Positions 19,216 to 27,461 of a DNA stretch of 64,000 nucleotides are shown here, one piece after another. The stretch covers positions 26,167 through 90,166 of IMG/VR virus record IMGVR_UViG_3300032007_000054; one strand, given 5' to 3'. Made by a program: the position numbers and the translations under genes. The notes under the pieces are model-generated. The model did not search any database and was not told the origin of the DNA. It saw only the letters and a list, made by a program, of their open reading frames with translations. Numbering within the stretch: the first letter of the stretch is position 1; each line of letters begins with the position of its first letter. The stretch comes from a virus (Duplodnaviria; Caudoviricetes).

Positions 19216-19554
19216 ATGTTGTTTAAAAAGAAGAAGCATAATGTTTCAGATTTAGAAGAATCGAAAATCTATGTTATTGTAATGGATGAGTACAATCATA
19301 ATAATAATTTGAAAAAATCATACAATTTGTATTATACAAAAGACTTGAAAACAGCTAGCGAACAGTTGTTAGAAAGTTGTGAAAAGCATAAAGTTATATG
19401 TGAAAAATTTGATAAACGAGTTGTAAAAAAAGAATTTTGGGGAGATACTTTATATGGCCCTTGGATTTGTTTAAAAATATATTATCCGGATATTCCGGAT
19501 GAATATTATAGCTCGTATCAATATCATATAAATGTATTAGATATTAAAAAATAA
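19216..19554 (+). CDS. AT-rich cassette protein
   Basis: AAGGAG-ATG 19216, MLFKK...; flanked by head repeat and terminator. Confidence 0.7.
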   Translation: MLFKKKKHNVSDLEESKIYVIVMDEYNHNNNLKKSYNLYYTKDLKTASEQLLESCEKHKVICEKFDKRVVKKEFWGDTLYGPWICLKIYYPDIPDEYYSSYQYHINVLDIKK

Positions 19555-19647
19555 ATTTTAAGCCCTACATGGGCTCTTATTTTTTGCATCTCCTATAATG
19601 AGAGGACAAGGATGATCCTCTTGTGTTTTTAAATAAAGGAGATAAAA

Positions 19648-20004
19648 ATGTTGTTTAAAAAAGAAAAAAATGAATATGAATCATTATGTAAAAGTATTGA
19701 AAAAGAAAGTGAATTTTTATATGTTGAAATTAGTAAGAATATTACAGAAAATGAAAATCGAATACTTGAATTAAAGGATAAAATAGATGAAATAAATGAA
19801 AAATTGGATAAATTATATGAAAAAATTGTATATAAAGAAAAATATTATAGTATTTATATAAAAAATAAAAAAACTGGTAAATATGAAGAAAGCAATTACG
19901 GAAAATTTAATAGCAATTTAGATGCTATTAATAAAATGATTGAGGAATCATATAGAACAAAACTTGATATGCAAGTAATTGAAAGAAAAATACCAAGAGA
20001 ATAA
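19648..20004 (+). CDS. AT-rich coiled-coil cassette protein
   Basis: MLFKK start identical to previous cassette; flanked by repeats. Confidence 0.7.
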   Translation: MLFKKEKNEYESLCKSIEKESEFLYVEISKNITENENRILELKDKIDEINEKLDKLYEKIVYKEKYYSIYIKNKKTGKYEESNYGKFNSNLDAINKMIEESYRTKLDMQVIERKIPRE

Positions 20005-20056
20005 GCCCGCAAGGGCTCTTATTTTTTACATCTCCTAATATGAAAGGAGATAAGTA

Positions 20057-20311
20057 ATGGAAAATAAATGTGAAATCAGAATTCTGTATGGAATTCGTGA
20101 AACGAGTAAAAGGAATTCCCCTTTATTGGGGGTAGTTTTCTCAAGTGAAGAGAAAGCAAATGAGTATATTGAACACATGTTGCCCAAAAAGTTATGTGTT
20201 GTTGAGGAAGGTTCTACTTATAATATTGAATATGAAGTAGTATTTATACGGTTGAATCCGTATTGTTCCGAAGGTTATGTTCAAGAAGTACGGTATGAAC
20301 ATGATTGGTGA
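20057..20311 (+). CDS. Hypothetical cassette protein
   Basis: AAGGAG RBS; flanked by motif and terminator. Confidence 0.7.
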   Translation: MENKCEIRILYGIRETSKRNSPLLGVVFSSEEKANEYIEHMLPKKLCVVEEGSTYNIEYEVVFIRLNPYCSEGYVQEVRYEHDW

Positions 20312-20536
20312 ATAAGATGCCCTACATGGGCTCTTATTTTTTACATATCCTTTTATTTTTTCAATCGCGAAATTTGCATACTCTATAACGGAAAGGAGTA
20401 TGTTTATATGAATTAAAGAAGAGTTAGAGGATGTAGCGCGCATCCTCTTTCTTTTTTAATTTTATCGGTACGACTTTTTATTTTCGAATTTGATAAATCT
20501 TCTTACGATAATGTGCAGAGAAAGGAGACTCAGAAA

Positions 20537-20782
20537 ATGGAAGAAGAACTTGCAATCGGTAGTGTACCGGTCTCAATCGCTGCCAAAGCGTATGGAAAGG
20601 ATGTATGCTGGGTCAGAGCAGGTCTGATCTGTGGCTGGCTGCCAATCGGCAACGCCACACGGAACGGAAAGCAGGTAACTGCGATCGAAGAAATGGACAG
20701 CAGATACGGGCGGATAAATTATTACATTTCGCCCAAGCTTTTATATGAGCAGACGGGTTATGCCTGGAAAGGAGAGCATTAA
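20537..20782 (+). CDS. Putative small DNA-binding (excisionase-like) protein
   Basis: VPVSIAAKAYGKDVCWVRAGL..GWLPIG..YYISPK, HTH-like; RBS AAAGGAG. Confidence 0.45.
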   Translation: MEEELAIGSVPVSIAAKAYGKDVCWVRAGLICGWLPIGNATRNGKQVTAIEEMDSRYGRINYYISPKLLYEQTGYAWKGEH

Positions 20783-20785
20783 CCT

Positions 20786-21211
20786 ATGACAACCCAGAAT
20801 CGTCCGGAAATATCGAAACAAAGTCCATATTGGATCAGCCGACACAGATTCTATGAACTGAAGCATTTTTGTCTCCAGTATTATGAGTGGAAGAACGAAC
20901 TGCAGTTCATCACGGAATGCCATCGACATCCGTTAGATGGCAAAGAATATTCATCCAATAACATCCGTCACACAGATCCCGTGTTTGAATGCGTAGTCCG
21001 GCGTGAAGAGCTGACAAAGAATATTGACATGATCGATAAGGCTGCAAAAGCTTGTTCGGACGATATCGGGAAGTATGTATTTAAAGGTGTGACAGAGGGA
21101 GTGTCTTTCGAGTATCTCTTTACTTCGGAAGATCGCATTCCCTGCTGCAAAGATTATTACTATGAGGCATTCCGGAGGTTTTTCTGGATCCTCTCAAAAT
21201 TGCGAAAATAA
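20786..21211 (+). CDS. Putative transcriptional regulator (ArpU/RinA-like)
   Basis: ISRHRFYELKHFCLQY..DP....RR..L..I..ID..C..YY...RRFF.L pattern. Confidence 0.4.
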   Translation: MTTQNRPEISKQSPYWISRHRFYELKHFCLQYYEWKNELQFITECHRHPLDGKEYSSNNIRHTDPVFECVVRREELTKNIDMIDKAAKACSDDIGKYVFKGVTEGVSFEYLFTSEDRIPCCKDYYYEAFRRFFWILSKLRK

Positions 21212-21393
21212 CATATCCTATAATGGCTCGGAGTTATGGAAGATAGAGAAATAAGGAGAGAAACAAAGAGCTGTTAAAGACGAATCAAGGGTCAGAATTC
21301 TGGCCCTTTTAATTTTCGCAAAATTTGCATGCACTATAACGGAACTAGTTTACTTTATTAGAAAGGAGTTAAAAGTGGACTGGCCGTTAGAAA

Positions 21394-21477
21394 AGCAGGA
21401 GATGATAGGCAGGAGTAACTTGCTGTTGGGAGATAGCTACCCAACAGGTAGAGTATGTCTGAGCCACATCTCCTGCT
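21394..21477 (+). ncRNA. Candidate structured RNA
   Basis: 11-bp outer stem AGCAGGAGATG/CATCTCCTGCT, 8-bp inner stem CTGTTGGG/CCCAACAG, promoter motif at 21316, U-tract after. Confidence 0.4.
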
Positions 21478-21506
21478 ATTTTTTATTTTTTGCATTTCCT
21501 ATAATG

Positions 21507-21591
21507 AAAGAAGTTAAAGCAGCGTGAGCTGTGAGTGGGCGACGGGTCTTGTCTGCCCGCCTGGAACGGTTCGATTCCGTTCAACTTCTTT
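21507..21591 (+). ncRNA. tRNA-like RNA (non-canonical)
   Basis: Acceptor-like AGAAGTT/AACTTCT stacked on GAACGG-TTCGATT-CCGTTC T-arm; two internal hairpins; own promoter motif at 21487. Confidence 0.5.
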
Positions 21592-21626
21592 TAAATTTTA
21601 TTTTGGTTCTTATTGGAGGTATTGAA

Positions 21627-21857
21627 ATGAAAGTGTATGTTGTGCTCATGGGTAATTTTAATGAAGTATCGGGACTTATTTCGGAAATTTTTGACAACAA
21701 AGAAAAAGCTGTATCTTATCTAGAATCACTTGATTGGAAACCGGATCCTCTTGGCTTTGAAGAAGATGATGACTGGGTAGAGGGTTATATATATAGTGAT
21801 GATCATAGAAAATTTTACTATGATTGGGCAGAGATTCGTGAATGGGAAGTTAAATAA
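21627..21857 (+). CDS. Small acidic hypothetical protein
   Basis: GGAGGT-ATG 21627, MKVYVV..I..IFDNKEKA pattern. Confidence 0.7.
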   Translation: MKVYVVLMGNFNEVSGLISEIFDNKEKAVSYLESLDWKPDPLGFEEDDDWVEGYIYSDDHRKFYYDWAEIREWEVK

Positions 21858-21920
21858 TTCAAAATGGTTCTAAAAGCCTCGTATATACGAGGTTTATTGT
21901 TTTTTTATCGGAGGTATTGT

Positions 21921-22118
21921 ATGAAAATGTATGAAGTTAAGATCAAAAATTTAGATGGATCTATAGAGTACAATCATTTTCAATCAAAAGAAGATGCTGT
22001 TAGATGGATGAAAAGCAGAGGATTTAAATATATAAGTACTAGCTGGACTGGATGGTTTGAAGAATGGGGAACAGATCATTTATATCCATTAGTTTCGTTA
22101 TGGTTTCCTAATGAATAA
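21921..22118 (+). CDS. Small hypothetical protein
   Basis: GGAGGT-ATG 21921; flanked by repeated AAGCCTCGTA hairpins. Confidence 0.7.
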   Translation: MKMYEVKIKNLDGSIEYNHFQSKEDAVRWMKSRGFKYISTSWTGWFEEWGTDHLYPLVSLWFPNE

Positions 22119-22189
22119 TTCAAAATTATTCTAAAAGCCTCATACTTACGAGGCTTATTGTTTTTTATTGGTACTAAATGGAGGTGAAT

Positions 22190-22741
22190 ATGGTATATCG
22201 CAAGTTTTATAAAAATGAAAGTATTTTTCGTGAACAGGCTGAATTGTGCATTGCTTTTTCTAAAGAACTTCAGAAGTTGTTGGCTGATGATTATGAAACA
22301 GTTGGTACAACATTTCATGGAAACCAAAGACCGCTTGTTGAAAATAAGAATACGAATAAATTTTGTCTTAATGACTATTATCTTGTTCCTTTAGGAACAA
22401 AAAAGGAGATCACTTACTACAGTAAGCCGAAGTGGTCTTTTCGTTTTTCAGATCATTGGAACTGGTATGAAAAGAGTAATCGGTGCGATGATACGGATTT
22501 TATTCAGTGCTTTAATGTCGATTTACCAAGAGTTGGTAAACGTTTCGTTTCTACAGATGTAAGGTCTGCGCCTTGTCAGGCTATTCAGGTAGCAATCTTC
22601 ACTCATGATCATGTTAAAAAGCATCATGATGGTGAAGCATATCACTGTGTCTACGGATCTTATAAAAATAAGGATACCCATAGTTGGGAGTGGATGGAAA
22701 AAACTCCGCAGCAGGTCATCGAAGAGTATTATCTTGCGTAA
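22190..22741 (+). CDS. Hypothetical protein
   Basis: GGAGGTG RBS; SFRFSDHWNW motif. Confidence 0.7.
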   Translation: MVYRKFYKNESIFREQAELCIAFSKELQKLLADDYETVGTTFHGNQRPLVENKNTNKFCLNDYYLVPLGTKKEITYYSKPKWSFRFSDHWNWYEKSNRCDDTDFIQCFNVDLPRVGKRFVSTDVRSAPCQAIQVAIFTHDHVKKHHDGEAYHCVYGSYKNKDTHSWEWMEKTPQQVIEEYYLA

Positions 22742-22747
22742 TTCAAA

Positions 22748-23071
22748 ATGGAGGCCGGAATGAGATTCCGAATCGTTAAAAACAGAACAGATCCCTTCTA
22801 TGGACGTCGAGCAAACTGGTACAATGTCAAGTTTACTGAAGATATCCAAAAGGATCTTGAAAAAAACTATATAAAGGAAATACATAATAGAACTGGAAAG
22901 CAGGATATGGACATTATTAATTGTTATGAAAATGCCGGTCTTGCTCATGAGCTATATGCCTGCCTTGAAGAAGACGATGATGAGCGAATGCGTCAAGCCC
23001 TCCAGCGGCTGGCAGATGAAAAACTGAACCAGGTCGTTTCGATTCTGGTTGATCTTGGTTACACGTTTTGA
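22748..23071 (+). CDS. Hypothetical protein
   Basis: ORF in operon; true start may be 22760. Confidence 0.6.
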   Translation: MEAGMRFRIVKNRTDPFYGRRANWYNVKFTEDIQKDLEKNYIKEIHNRTGKQDMDIINCYENAGLAHELYACLEEDDDERMRQALQRLADEKLNQVVSILVDLGYTF

Positions 23072-23077
23072 TTCAAA

Positions 23078-24115
23078 ATGGAGAAAAAGATGAATAAAGT
23101 TGAAATGCATAAGAAGATTTGTGAAGAATTAAACGACTTGTACGAACGCAAAAACGCCGATTACGGCGAAAGCTTTGCCGAACTCCGAAAGGAGTATCCG
23201 GAATCGATCTGTATCCGCCTTACAGATAAACTAAACCGACTGAAAAAACTCACTTCTGCTGATCATGAACAGAATGTCAAGGATGAATCAGTTGAAGATA
23301 CGCTGAAGGATATTGCAAATTATGCGATCATGGAATTAGTGGAACGGAAAGGTACTGAAGATGAATCAATACTAAATGATAATATTATGTTGTTCTATGA
23401 TGAAGTAACTCAACATTATTTTCAGGCAAATCAAAAACAGATTAATGCTGCGTTAACAAGTCTGTCCAAGATGATGGAAACTAATGGATATGTAACAATA
23501 TCTGATTATTTGAGGCATATTGGTTTAGGCGAATTTGACGATGATGATACATATAATCAATTAGGTTGGAATGAGAAATGGCCGGCATGCTTCGGATTTT
23601 CTACATCAGAAGGGTGTTTATGTGGAGAACCTGTAGTAAAAATAAAAGTAACGTACCCTTATACATTGGTTAATAAGTGGCAAAAATCCGTTGAACATTA
23701 TGGCATTACAGGTCAAAAATGGGGTAAACGACAAAAAGAATATAAGTCAATTCTTATAGCTTTTTATAATTATGATATGAACAAACATATTCAAAATCTT
23801 CAGCTTGTGTATAACAATACCATAGAAGAACAATACGAATACCATAGTTATGACATTTCCGGACAATCTTGGAAAGATCAGGTATTTGAAATGGCGAAGT
23901 ATATCTACACATTTCTGGATGGCGTGTATTCAGACGACCATGGCGGATCAATGTTTGTTCCGGATATGCTTGGAAGGAATGCTCTTTGGATAGCTTTGGA
24001 CGTTATAGATCATGAGAATCATGAAATCGAGTATAACATGGCAGATCCTGAAGAATACGATCGGATCACTGAGTTTTATAAGATTTATAAGAAAGGAAGC
24101 AGGAATGAAAGATAG
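23078..24115 (+). CDS. Mosaic protein: DUF1599-like + GW-type domain + HYGITGQKWG motif
   Basis: YERKNADYGESF..RLTDKLNRL (DUF1599-like); central region similar to C-termini of 27837/29009/30971. Confidence 0.6.
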   Translation: MEKKMNKVEMHKKICEELNDLYERKNADYGESFAELRKEYPESICIRLTDKLNRLKKLTSADHEQNVKDESVEDTLKDIANYAIMELVERKGTEDESILNDNIMLFYDEVTQHYFQANQKQINAALTSLSKMMETNGYVTISDYLRHIGLGEFDDDDTYNQLGWNEKWPACFGFSTSEGCLCGEPVVKIKVTYPYTLVNKWQKSVEHYGITGQKWGKRQKEYKSILIAFYNYDMNKHIQNLQLVYNNTIEEQYEYHSYDISGQSWKDQVFEMAKYIYTFLDGVYSDDHGGSMFVPDMLGRNALWIALDVIDHENHEIEYNMADPEEYDRITEFYKIYKKGSRNER

Positions 24116-24335
24116 TTTGATAGATATAATGCCGAATAGAAAATCAAATAGCGGAGATCTTAGAACATTCATAACCTATTATTATGAATCAGATGAATAT
24201 GATCGTGATCGAGAAGACGGTTTATATGTTATTGAAATTAAAGTATTTGATGGATCGAGAATCATTCGAAGAGAAAGAATCGTAACTGATAATTTACACA
24301 TTTTTGAAGACACAAATCCAGATAAGGAAGCATAA
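24105..24335 (+). CDS. Hypothetical protein
   Basis: ATG 24105 overlapping previous stop. Confidence 0.6.
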   Translation: MKDSLIDIMPNRKSNSGDLRTFITYYYESDEYDRDREDGLYVIEIKVFDGSRIIRRERIVTDNLHIFEDTNPDKEA

Positions 24336-24766
24336 TGAAAAATTTTGTTAAACGCATAATTACTTTTGTTCACGGTATCATTGCCGGTGTATTACTGTAT
24401 AAATTCTTTACAAATTCGGTTTTACTAAATTATCTGAAGAAAGACTTTGAACGTAAACCGGTATATCGTGTCCGACCTTATTATACAGACTATTCTTTTT
24501 ATAAAACACGATCCAACGATTTTGATATTTTTGACTTTGGTTTTGGAACCAGATCTGATGCAGAGCAAGTATTAAATCAAATCAAAATGGAAATAGAAAA
24601 AAATGGATTATGTACTATTGGAAGATTAAAAGAGCTTTCCGGGATCGAATCGTTATGGTCTGATCAACATAAAGGATGGACAGAATTATCTGAAAATGTG
24701 CGTGTTAGTCGATGCCGTGATGGTAAATATTATATTGAACTTCCGGATCCGGAAGAATTAGATTAA
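24335..24766 (+). CDS. Membrane-anchored protein, paralog of 30359
   Basis: N-terminal TM; FGTRSDAEQVL..GWTEL..RDGKYYIELPDP. Confidence 0.65.
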   Translation: MKNFVKRIITFVHGIIAGVLLYKFFTNSVLLNYLKKDFERKPVYRVRPYYTDYSFYKTRSNDFDIFDFGFGTRSDAEQVLNQIKMEIEKNGLCTIGRLKELSGIESLWSDQHKGWTELSENVRVSRCRDGKYYIELPDPEELD

Positions 24767-24829
24767 TCATACGCAGATGACGATAAAGAATGATAAATTT
24801 GTATCGTAAAAAATTCCCGGAGGGAGAAA

Positions 24830-25081
24830 ATGGAGAAAATCTTTGAATTTCTGGCACCTCATGCCAATTTGTTGTTTTTCCTGCTCGGTGTACTGATCAC
24901 AGTGATCATCTGGCTGATTATTCCGGCGAAGAAGCCGCATCCGATCGGGGACTTGTTCGTGATTCACTATCCGAATGGGTTTAAAGAGCTGTATCTTAGA
25001 CTTGAGGATGATATTGATACGTTTGAAAACGATCCAAAAGTTTGTTTCAATGTACTAATCGATGATAGGACGGATGAATGA
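24830..25081 (+). CDS. Membrane-anchored hypothetical protein
   Basis: TM LLFFLLGVLITVIIWLII; GGAGGG RBS. Confidence 0.65.
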   Translation: MEKIFEFLAPHANLLFFLLGVLITVIIWLIIPAKKPHPIGDLFVIHYPNGFKELYLRLEDDIDTFENDPKVCFNVLIDDRTDE

Positions 25082-25305
25082 GCGGTATTGGGTTTATTGA
25101 AGTGCATAGAGTTTTTGATAATAAAGAAATACTTATCAATGTCGCATATATTACTGATGTTCTAAGCGAGATACCCTTTGCTCATGATAATATAAATGCG
25201 ACTCTTATTGAGACCCTGGATAATCAAGTTTGGAGAGTTATTGAAACTTATGATGAAATCAAGGAATTGATTAGTCAAAGCAATAGGATCTTCAAAATGG
25301 AGTAA
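25078..25305 (+). CDS. FlbD-like small protein (tentative)
   Basis: FIEV..EILIN..I..V..TLI..V.ETYDEIKELI pattern. Confidence 0.35.
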   Translation: MSGIGFIEVHRVFDNKEILINVAYITDVLSEIPFAHDNINATLIETLDNQVWRVIETYDEIKELISQSNRIFKME

Positions 25306-25380
25306 TCGCTAAATTTTCATTTCCTAAAATGGAGAGGCAAGGATGGCCTCTTTTTGTTTTTAAATTAGAAAGGAGTGAAA

Positions 25381-25848
25381 ATGGGAAAACCGAAGTTGAA
25401 AAATATGTCATTAGAAGAACTGGAAGAGCAGTTTGAAGATTTTGATGAAGAAATCGTCCAGGATGTTGAATTATGGGACGAAAAATATGTTGATAGCAGT
25501 GATATGCTGCTGAAGGAAATAAATGATCTTTCGAATGGTGAAGAAAGATCAAGAGCGATTAAGGATTTGCAGATAATGGAGCAGATCACAAACGAACGGA
25601 TCAAAGTTCGTAATGAAAATCGTAAAATGAAGCAAGAGCTGATCCTGAAAGAGGAAGAGCTCAAAAATCAGAAGAAAGCTAATCGATGGGGCATTTTAGC
25701 TCAAATCGGAGGAACGATTTTATCGTTCGTAGGCTATTCGATTCTGTTGCAGAGGCAGAATGAATTCGAAAGCGGAGACAGTTACTCGACAAATGGAAGT
25801 CGAGGATTGACTCAGAATATCTCTCACTTTGTTGGGAGAGGTAAATAG
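25381..25848 (+). CDS. Coiled-coil protein with C-terminal TM
   Basis: Promoter motif and leader hairpin at 25306-25345; hairpin terminator ~25857-25890. Confidence 0.7.
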   Translation: MGKPKLKNMSLEELEEQFEDFDEEIVQDVELWDEKYVDSSDMLLKEINDLSNGEERSRAIKDLQIMEQITNERIKVRNENRKMKQELILKEEELKNQKKANRWGILAQIGGTILSFVGYSILLQRQNEFESGDSYSTNGSRGLTQNISHFVGRGK

Positions 25849-25894
25849 TTGTAATCAAGGCTATGACTTTGTTCATAGCCTTTTATTTTTTATT

Positions 25895-26254
25895 ATGCGA
25901 TATCACTATGAGGAACCGGAAGGTCTGGCAAAACGCTATGGGCAGATCTATCGCTGTGATCACCCGATATATACCTGGTGCACATTATTTATAGTCGGAG
26001 AACGAGGACTGGCCGTGATCCGACAGTACTTTGATTCTGAGAAAAAAGTGACTTATTGGAGAGAACTTGATCGAAATCTGACAGCAGATATTTATCTGAA
26101 TGATGGGTTCGAAGAGTACTTTCAAAAACATGCAAAGCCTTGTAAGGACGGACTGTATCCTACAGTTACGGTCCGTCAGATCATGTGGGCACTGCGGATG
26201 AAGCCGCTGCCGAAAAAACGTTGGGAGACTGTCTTTGACAGAAAGGAGATCTAA
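25895..26254 (+). CDS. Hypothetical protein
   Basis: ATG 25895; TAATG coupling to next gene. Confidence 0.65.
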   Translation: MRYHYEEPEGLAKRYGQIYRCDHPIYTWCTLFIVGERGLAVIRQYFDSEKKVTYWRELDRNLTADIYLNDGFEEYFQKHAKPCKDGLYPTVTVRQIMWALRMKPLPKKRWETVFDRKEI

Positions 26255-26472
26255 TGCCGAATGTAATCACGGAATGTGAAATCAAGCGTTCAACTATTGA
26301 CCCGGCTGTTATGCTGATCAATGTCAAATATGATAATGATTCAAAATGGAATCTGCTGCGTACATATTTTCCGAATGAACTGAGTTTTCATCCAGATGAG
26401 TTTGTCGGCCTGACAGATACAGATGCATTGAATTTCTGTTGGGAGCGGGATCTTGAGTTTCTCAGGAGTTAA
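26254..26472 (+). CDS. Hypothetical protein
   Basis: YFPNELSF..DEFVGLT motif. Confidence 0.65.
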   Translation: MPNVITECEIKRSTIDPAVMLINVKYDNDSKWNLLRTYFPNELSFHPDEFVGLTDTDALNFCWERDLEFLRS

Positions 26473-26474
26473 GA

Positions 26475-26897
26475 ATGAAAGTATATGTATTACTGAATAC
26501 TGATGATGAAATTGTAAACATTTTTGACAGTGTAGAAGCAGCGGATGAAACGATCAGTACCGATGCCTTTTTTGATGGATGGTACAAAGTAATTGATGTA
26601 TATGGAGATATATATTACAAGAATGAGTGTTTGGGGCTCATGACCCTTAAGCCTTATGAACTTATAAATTTATCAGCAAAATCTGCAGATCAGAATCCAA
26701 TGTCATGGGATGAACTTATGGTCTGGAAAGGAAATCCGGTATGGATCGAAACCCCGAATAAGAAATACTGGACAATCGTTCTTAATTCCGGAAAGCTGGC
26801 TGATGGTTCAAAAATGTTTATGGATCATGAAGAGTTTTATCATGAAAAAGACAGGGGAAAAACCTGGGAGGCTTATAAGCAGAGAAGGAGTATATGA
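26475..26897 (+). CDS. Hypothetical protein
   Basis: C-terminal W.EL..GNPVWI..W..Y module paralogous to 57917. Confidence 0.65.
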   Translation: MKVYVLLNTDDEIVNIFDSVEAADETISTDAFFDGWYKVIDVYGDIYYKNECLGLMTLKPYELINLSAKSADQNPMSWDELMVWKGNPVWIETPNKKYWTIVLNSGKLADGSKMFMDHEEFYHEKDRGKTWEAYKQRRSI

Positions 26898-27217
26898 TGC
26901 ACTTAAAACCAGAAGATACAATTATTGTGACCAGACATCCGGGTATTGTGGAATGGCTGGAAAAACATTACAGTATTACCGGAACTGTAAAGCAGTCCGT
27001 AACAATCGAAGACATTAAAGGTAAACATATCATCGGGGAAGTCCCTGCTTATGGTGCACAGTATGCTTTTTGTGTTTCTGCAATCATCTGGCCGCATCCA
27101 TGGAAAGAATATGGTACCGGAACACTAACCTATGAAGATGTAGTTGCAATGGAACCGGAGCTGTTCACTTATGTGGTCGTTCCGGTCGTTGACACAGATC
27201 CTACAGACTACTACTAA
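26894..27217 (+). CDS. Csx16-like small Rossmann-fold protein (tentative)
   Basis: IVTRHPGIVEWL..DIKGKHIIGEVP resembles SRHPGA.EW..GD.V.G.LP of Csx16. Confidence 0.45.
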   Translation: MMHLKPEDTIIVTRHPGIVEWLEKHYSITGTVKQSVTIEDIKGKHIIGEVPAYGAQYAFCVSAIIWPHPWKEYGTGTLTYEDVVAMEPELFTYVVVPVVDTDPTDYY

Positions 27218-27292
27218 AAATCGCAAAATTTTCACCTCCTATAATGGAAGGACATAGAGGTCCTTTTGTGTTTTTTATTAAAAAGGAGGAAA

Positions 27293-27403
27293 ATGTTAGG
27301 TATAGTAGCATTGTTAGTGTTCGCCTATGTATGGGGCGATTTACGTGTTGCGCTGTTTATAGCGATTGGCTTCGCATTAGCGAAAGCCTTATTGAAGAAA
27401 TAA
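27293..27403 (+). CDS. 36-aa hydrophobic peptide in its own cassette
   Basis: Motif 27221, AAGGAGG-ATG, MLGIVALLVFAYVWGDLRVALFIAIGFALAKALLKK, terminator 27411. Confidence 0.7.
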   Translation: MLGIVALLVFAYVWGDLRVALFIAIGFALAKALLKK

Positions 27404-27461
27404 ATTAGTAAAAAGCCCGCATGGGCTTTTATTTTTTCAAAGACGGAAGGAAGGGAAACAA

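Noticed and set aside
17022-20360. CRISPR array
   Set aside because: Inter-repeat segments are 250-900 bp protein-coding genes, not 30-40 bp spacers; no cas operon
15742-20360. Canonical integron
   Set aside because: No GTTRRRY/RYYYAAC attC boxes recognised and the integrase looks like a phage type; kept only as an analogy
21507-21591. Canonical tRNA-Asp
   Set aside because: Lacks normal D-arm conserved bases, U33 and purine 37; reported as tRNA-like instead
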